Assembly (NCBI GenBank): GCA_964016885.1
Contig: OZ024742.1
Span: 53,816,001-53,880,000 of the forward strand
Reading direction: 5' to 3'
Length of the DNA: 64,000 nucleotides
Origin: Eledone cirrhosa
Lineage: Eukaryota
The position numbers were made by a program, and so were the translations under genes. This document shows positions 56,855 through 64,000 of this stretch, piece after piece. The stretch's first letter is position 1. Every line of letters begins with the position of its first letter. The notes under the pieces were generated by a model. That model was not told the DNA's origin and did no database searches. It worked only from the letters and a program-made list of their open reading frames with translations.

Positions 56855-59800
56855 AAGACATATATATTAAATATCCAGAACAGGTCGCTAGTGTTTAAAG
56901 GCTCCGCAACCTAGCTGATATTCATTATACAACTTGTTATTCATTTTATTGCGATACTGACATGCCCTGATATGATTCAGAACAGGAGAATAATAAAATG
57001 ACTTTATGGCAATATGTTTGTGTTTACATTGATCATGCAAAATACATCACATAGTGATAAGAGGTAGAAATGTCCATTGACACAATCGGCCAATTATTAC
57101 TTTGGCGTATAGAATATACCTGAATCATTTCAATACATTCAAACAACTTCGATAAGGTGTATATATGCGATAAAATACGCCGAGTAACGCACAATGTATT
57201 TGTATGATATGTATAATTGAAAAGGATTATCATGAGATAATAAGGATGATCATTCTTCAGATCAACATCATCATCATCGTGACATGCCTCGTCATCATCA
57301 TTGAACTGACGATAACACTACAAACTTCCACATACCCCTACAACTAAAAACTTCCACATACACACCTCACTCTCACTTACACACAGTCACCTCCATACAC
57401 AAACACATAAAAATATAGAGCAAAAGAATAAACCAACTCGCAGATATCGGAGAGAACTCAATCGGCGATAAACGTTCTGACATGAGAGGTTTATTAAAAT
57501 AACATATATCAAAACCACACCAAAAAAACCTTTCTGAGATCTTTCAATGTGGATATTACTTCACACAGCATCAAAGGCATCATATAATACATATATGCTT
57601 CTTACACAAACCTACATAAATACCTACCCTAAATAAAACGATTCGAAACACGGCAGTAACAGACCACACAAAATACAATTTATCCAGTTTAATATAATTA
57701 TAATATTACTGAGAAGACAAATTGACCAAGCCACAATCACCCCTGTGCGCTCTATGCATGTGTGTTTATGTGTGTTTATGTGTGTTTATGTGTGAGTTTC
57801 ACTTGAATTAATATCTTACGTCTTTTAAAGCAATTCTCCGGTCTAAACCATTTTATCATAGCTATGAAGAGCTCGGCATTATTTAATCATTTAAATATTT
57901 TAACAGAAATAGGATGAAATAAAGAATATAACATTGATCAGAAATGTTAAATAGAGCAGGAAGATAGTCGATCTATCTCTTACCGGGTTAAAGGTCGTAC
58001 ATAAAACTAAAAACGGAAGATTTTTAATTGTGGGTGGTGCTGCTAGTAGGGAAACTTGTAAAAAGTGACAGGAGACAAAGAGAGTGAAGCTAAGTGTTGG
58101 AAAGACCCGAATAATTTTGAATGGACCATAACGACGTTAATTTAGATATCTTGAAAGGGGAAAATATATTTGAAATTTAAATTAAAGCACTTGATATGTG
58201 TTTAAAATTCATATGAAATTATTGCTTTTTTTAAAATCCAATGGCAAAATGATCACAGCTGTATATTTGTGGGTGTATTTAAATATTTAATGATTATTCA
58301 TATGAAGAGACATGAAGTTTATATTAGTTATTATAGCTTTGTAGAAAATGTATTTATGTTAAGAAAGTAGATGTCAGTGTGTATGACTTTGCTACATGTA
58401 GAAAAAGCAAAAACTCAATTACTTCCAATTGTTGGCCAACTGGATTTCTGTGAAAAATTAAAGGAGTTAATGATTTGTCATTGTGAATTGTGCTAAGGAA
58501 AGTTTAATAATACAACCGAGGTTAAAAATCACTGGTGCGAGTGTCTTTCTTGTCAGCTTGAATCCTTCCAAATACAGCATCCTTCTCGACAACATCTCTG
58601 GACCGGATTAGACGGGAATATTCACACACAGACATACCCATACAAAAACATACACACATTCACACAAATCGTTCTGCTACTGACAATACGCATAGCCACA
58701 ATGCACACGTGTATACAAATATACAAACATACACACAATCATGATTGCAAAGCAACCACATGCGTCCACATATACATACGCGTGTGTATTTCTATTGTTC
58801 ATCCTTACATTCTTCATTCTAACTTCAATAAACTCTCTACATCCATGTTGCTGAACCACTCTCATGGGTAGGCAGTCGATCATATTGACCGCCGTAATTT
58901 TTTGTCAATATATTATATATTCCACTGTTGACGTGTTATTATATTATGTAAACATAACTGAACGGCATCTCTTTAATGTGGAACCTCATCTTTGATTTCC
59001 TCGGGGTTAATGGATGTTAGGGTTTCTTAAGCACTTTTATTAATTTTGAAGATGCAGTTTTTTTCTAAATCTAAGTTGTAGGTTTGCCATACGAGATCTT
59101 CATTCATCGCATGGCTAGAATTTGTAGAGACCATCTTGAGGCAAAGTGTTTGCTTTTCATGTTTTGAAGTACACTGGGGATGTGATAAGACTTTTATAAC
59201 CAAATGTTATATAAATGTTATCAGACTTATATAACCAAATATTATCTGAATAGCTAAATAAAATCAGTATTTTTTTAATTCACAAATATTAAACAATAAG
59301 GCAAATATTTGGTGTAGACAACTAAGGCAATTGTTCTGAACAAACGTCTGTAATTTTAAACTTGTTTAAGAAAATTATTATTGATGAATTCTGATGTCCA
59401 TGCTTTTTTATTATGGCTAACTTGCAAACATTCATTCAGTATTGTGCTGTGTGTGAAATAAATCTTTTGGAAACATTGTTTTTTATTTAAAATCTGCTTT
59501 ATTTTGGAATGAGACAAAGGAGGGAAAAGTGGTGTTTATGGCGTAGAATCGATAAATCAACAAAAAAATGATGGAAGGTAATGCTGATAATAATATTAAT
59601 ATTGTTGACAATGATGATGACTGCTATGAGATAATAAAATAGGGGTAATGTTTATTATCTGAAAGAGCCGGTGGTAGCAGAGAGTTATGTTGATATTTAT
59701 AATTATGATTAGATTATTCAGATGATGAAGGCTTGTGTTGTGATGCATTCACTTCTGTGTGTTTGTTTTGTCATGCACAACTAGAATATGAAATTTTTAA

Positions 59801-61909
59801 ATAAATTTGGTGAACACTTCGTGCAAAAAGTTGTAAAACAGATCATCGGTTTCTCTATCATCTCATTACGCAAAGAGACTTGGCGCGTTTTCGCATTTAT
59901 TTTACACTTCATAATAATTTAATATTTTTACATCAAAGATGATATTTTTTGTTAAAACATATTTCTTCATTTCTATTAATACTAGTATACGAGAATGAGA
60001 ATTTAATCGCTTAATAATATGCCAAATATTGATAACCATAATAGCCGATACGCAGCACAATTTCAATTTATTTTTACTTTCATCTTCTGAGATACTACTG
60101 TTTCGTCTACTAGAAATATATGTTCTCTAGATATATAATGTGTATGTATGTATGTATGTATGTATGTATGTATGTATGTATGTATGTATGTATGTATGTA
60201 TGTATGTATGTATGTATGTATGTATGTATGTATGTATGTATGTATGTATGTATGTATGTATGTATGTGTGTGTATGTGTTTGTGTGTGTAGGTATATATG
60301 TATGTGTGCGTGTGTATTGATATATCGGTACTAGGTAAATAGTCAGTGCAGTATTGTGATACGCCTTCTACATTCCACGTGCCAGTCAGAAATATGGTGT
60401 GTCGGCGGTTTCTAAATTCATTGATACAGTTTCAGTTCCATGTGAGGTTTTGTCTAAAATTTCTGCTGCTGTTGCTGTTGTTGTTGGTATTGTTTAAATA
60501 CTTTTATCATTGATGACTCCTGCTTCTGTATGTGCACTCTCTCTCTCTCGCCCTCTCTCTGTATTATATCCACTGTCCTAATTATACCTCTCAGCAATTA
60601 CATTTTCCTATATCCTACTGTCACCACTGGTTCGGTAGCCTGAATAGAATCTTACCCATAAAGTTGTTATTTTATGTTCTTTTAAAATATTTTAGCTGCT
60701 TTTTTTTGCTTGTTGGTGCCTTCTGTTGAGTGTTTGTATGTGTAGCAAAGTTTTCCTTAACACATTTCACAATGAAAAATCCTTAAATATTCCTCAGCAT
60801 TTTTCAAATGAACTAGTCCTACATTCAGTAATCATCGCGATGTTTAGTTTTTCCGATAAAGAATAATTGTAGTGATTAAATCCTCCCACGAACAATCATC
60901 ATCGTGGTTAGCTCCTTCCGAATGATTGCAGTGATTATCTTTTCTCCGAAACACATCATAAATAATCTTACAGAAAGAAGAGGCGCCAACCATTTCATAA
61001 ATAACCATAGCAAGTATCCCTCTACTTGGGATTAAACATAATCCTAACTTCTAGTTCAACTTATTGAACAGTCACATATAGTATTTCTCATTAAATCAAA
61101 TTTGTCGTCTTTAAAACCCGCTCAATTTCTGATGGCCTCTTTAAATACGCTGAAGAAGAAAGGTTATAAGAAAAGATTATATTGTATGGTGAAAGGATTT
61201 TCCTCTGGTGCTGTCAATAATTAAGCTCAGTTACATACTGAATATATTTAGAAAATAAAGATATATATGAGGAGAAAAGTGAATACGGGATAGTTTATAA
61301 CTTCCTGGAATATTATTTCACATTATTACGATTCTGACTATTTTATTTATTCAGCCTATAATACTATATAAACTAAAACACAGTGGATACACATTAAACA
61401 CATATAAATATGTAAGTAATCTAAGGAGATGTATATATGCCAGCAAATCGAAATACGTAGTTAACATTATATTTAATTACAGACTGTTATTGCGCTGTGA
61501 CCCGGCAACGATTGCGAATTCAGATTTGCTTGTTTTCCATTTCCATTTCTGAAAATAACAATAAATTGAACAGGCATTCGTTCACATCTGCAAAAATCTG
61601 GGGGATTAGATATATTTTTGTTATAATTATGAATATAATGTTTTCTTTTATTTAATTTTAACGAGTGAGCAATATGTTTTATTTCGAGAATAAAGTAAGC
61701 AAAGGAAATCTCATGTCAAGATAAATATATGTATATGAGCCGTTGCTATGAAATCGGAACCAGTTTGTATGGAAGATGAAATGGGAATAAGTGCGAAAAT
61801 TAAATTCATAAAATGCAAATGTAAGTATCTATGTATGTATGTATGTATGTATGTATGTATGTATGTATGTATGTATGTATGTATGTATGTATGTATGTGT
61901 GTGTGTAGG

Positions 61910-63840
61910 GTCAGGTCGCTCTTGAGTGCTACTGGTAAATGTAACCCAGTACAACCTGTCTCAAAACCGGTAATCCCACCAAGCTTGCTTGGTAAGGAGG
62001 GTGATATTTGGATACCCTGCGGGATAAAATACAAGACCCGGCGAAGAGCGGAGGAACTCAGCAGAGTCAACGGCCATCCAAATATTTTTTTTCTTTCTTT
62101 TAGTTTTTTTCCATCTGTGAGTGAAAGGCCCCAACACCTTTCTAGGATAGGGAAACTCTGAAAAAAACCCTGCAGCTTCGGAAGCATCCGATGATCTTGA
62201 CCAGTGCTCCTTTTCGGTTCGTGTTTTCGATGCTCAGAGAGTGGGATTGGTCGAATGCAACGCCTTTCCCCACTTTAAAAAACCTTCAAAGCACAGGCAT
62301 TACTTGTTCAGGATCTGTTACAGGTTCGTGTGGCTGGCCGTAGCATAAAAGTGTACCATTTTCTGTAATCTGAAAGCGATTGCAATACTCTTAGCAGGGT
62401 TTGCAGCCATCATGTATGTATGCATGTGTACGTGGGTGTGTGTGTTTGTATGTATGTACAACTGTGTATGGTTGGGTCATCGGCGATTAAACTCGCAAAC
62501 CCCACAAAGCTTGCTTGGTGAGGAGGGTGATTTTAGAAAACATGCGGGATGAAAAGCAAATCCCGTGGAAGGGCGGATGAACTCAGGAGAATCAACGGCC
62601 ATCCAATAAAGTATATTTTTTTTTGTAGAGGTAGAGACACCTAATCATCATTAAAGTACCTCACTAGCAATAGGTCGCTATGATCTAAAACCTGCGACTT
62701 CGTTTGCATCCAATGATGTAGGCCAGTTTAACTTTTTGTGTAAATGCATTCGATGTTCAGAGAGTTGATTGGTCCTGTGGAAATCCTCTTCTCACGTAAA
62801 AAGCTTCAAGCACAGGCATCGCTTGATACGTAGCATTCTTTTTTACTATGCGTGGCATTGCTGGCTATAGGCTTAAGTCCTTAGCAAGACTAAAAGGTCA
62901 CGAACGTGATACTGCTGCTTAAGAATCAAGCGATGAAATTACTCGAAATTCGAGTTGTAGTGATCATGTATGCATGTATGCATGTATGTATTCGGATCAT
63001 GATCGTAAGTTCGTGAGTTTGATTCCCCTACAGCCCGTTGTGTCTTGGAGCAAAATAATTCAGTTTACGTTCCTCCATTCCGCTGGCAAAAATTAGTTGT
63101 ACTTGAAATTCGAAGGACCAGCCTTGTTACAATCTGTCACGCTGAATTTTGCTGAGAACTGCGTTAATGGTATGCGTATCTATGGAATACTCAGCCACAT
63201 GCAAGTTAATTTAATGAGCAGGCTGTTCCGTTGATCACAACATCTGGAACATTCTTCCTCGTAACCGACGGAGTTCCAGTTTTATGTATGTATGTATGTA
63301 TGTATGTATGTATGTATGTATGTATGTATGCATGTCAGGTTGCTCTCGAGTGGTACTGGTAACATGTAGCCCAGTACAACCTGTCTCATGGTCGGGTCGT
63401 CGGTGACTAAATTGGCAACCCCACCAAGCTTGCTTGGCGAGGAGGGGGAAATTTGTACACCCTGCGGGGTGAAATACAAGACCCAGCGAAGGGCGGAGGA
63501 ACTCAGCGGAGTCAACAGCCATCCAAATATTACTTTTTTTCCGCTTGGGAGTGAAAGGCCCTCAGTTGTCATAACACCTTTCTAAGAGAGGGAAACCTGT
63601 GGCTTCGGAGGTATCCGATAATGTTGACCAGTTTTCCTTTTCGGGTAGTGTTTTCGATGCTCAGAGAGTGGGATTGGTCGAGTGCAAGGCCTTTCCCCAC
63701 TTAAAAAACCTTCAAAGCACAGGCATTGCTTGTTCAGGATATGTTACAGGTTCGTGTGGTTAGCCGTAGCCTATAAGTGCACCATTTTCTGTAATCTGAC
63801 AAGCGATTGCAATACTCTTAGCAGAGTTTTCAGCCATCAT
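61910..63840. repeat. Three ~510 bp copies of an unclassified non-coding repeat separated by (TATG)n (61910-62412, ~62455-62967, 63334-63840)
   Basis: Shared blocks such as 'caagcttgcttgg', 'gcggaggaactcag', 'ctcagagagtgggattgg', 'gcacaggcatt'. A relative lies at ~55140-55330. Confidence 0.85.
62995..63280 (+). mobile_element. Old tRNA-derived SINE (second family)
   Basis: Homologous to the reverse complement of 9190-9410. Confidence 0.6.
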
Positions 63841-64000
63841 GTATGTATGTATATATGTATGTAAGTATGTATGTATGTGTAAATATGACTGTTATTGCTC
63901 CAATCTGTCCATAAATACGCAGCAAACATCCTAAACCGAATGCCAACCTGCACTCATGACTCCTGCCAAAATAAACCGTACTTACCCACCAAATTCGACA

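Overview
AT-rich, microsatellite-dense eukaryotic DNA with no recognisable host gene. The tRNA-headed Meta-type SINEs suggest a mollusc, most likely an octopus (inference). The window is made almost entirely of retroelements: an intact ORF2 of a Tx1/L1-group LINE in (TATC)n, RTE fragments, an R4/Dong-like restriction-like-endonuclease LINE fragment, about a dozen SINEs, a Helitron-like end, and many Penelope-like elements (PLEs) of about three lineages. The main signal not visible in the ORF track is RNA structure. Reading both strands, I find roughly 25 intact or decayed type I hammerhead ribozyme (HHR) motifs from more than ten sequence families. They include two ORF-less tandem families (~430-437 nt and 592 nt monomers, one HHR per monomer) resembling retrozymes or circular-RNA retroelements, a compensatory U3-A8 core in three families, several HHR-bearing fold-back palindromes, and an E2F/CCAAT/E-box/TATA array just upstream of one HHR. 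Coordinates were counted by hand (expect a few nt of error, more at decayed ends). No database search or folding program was run.
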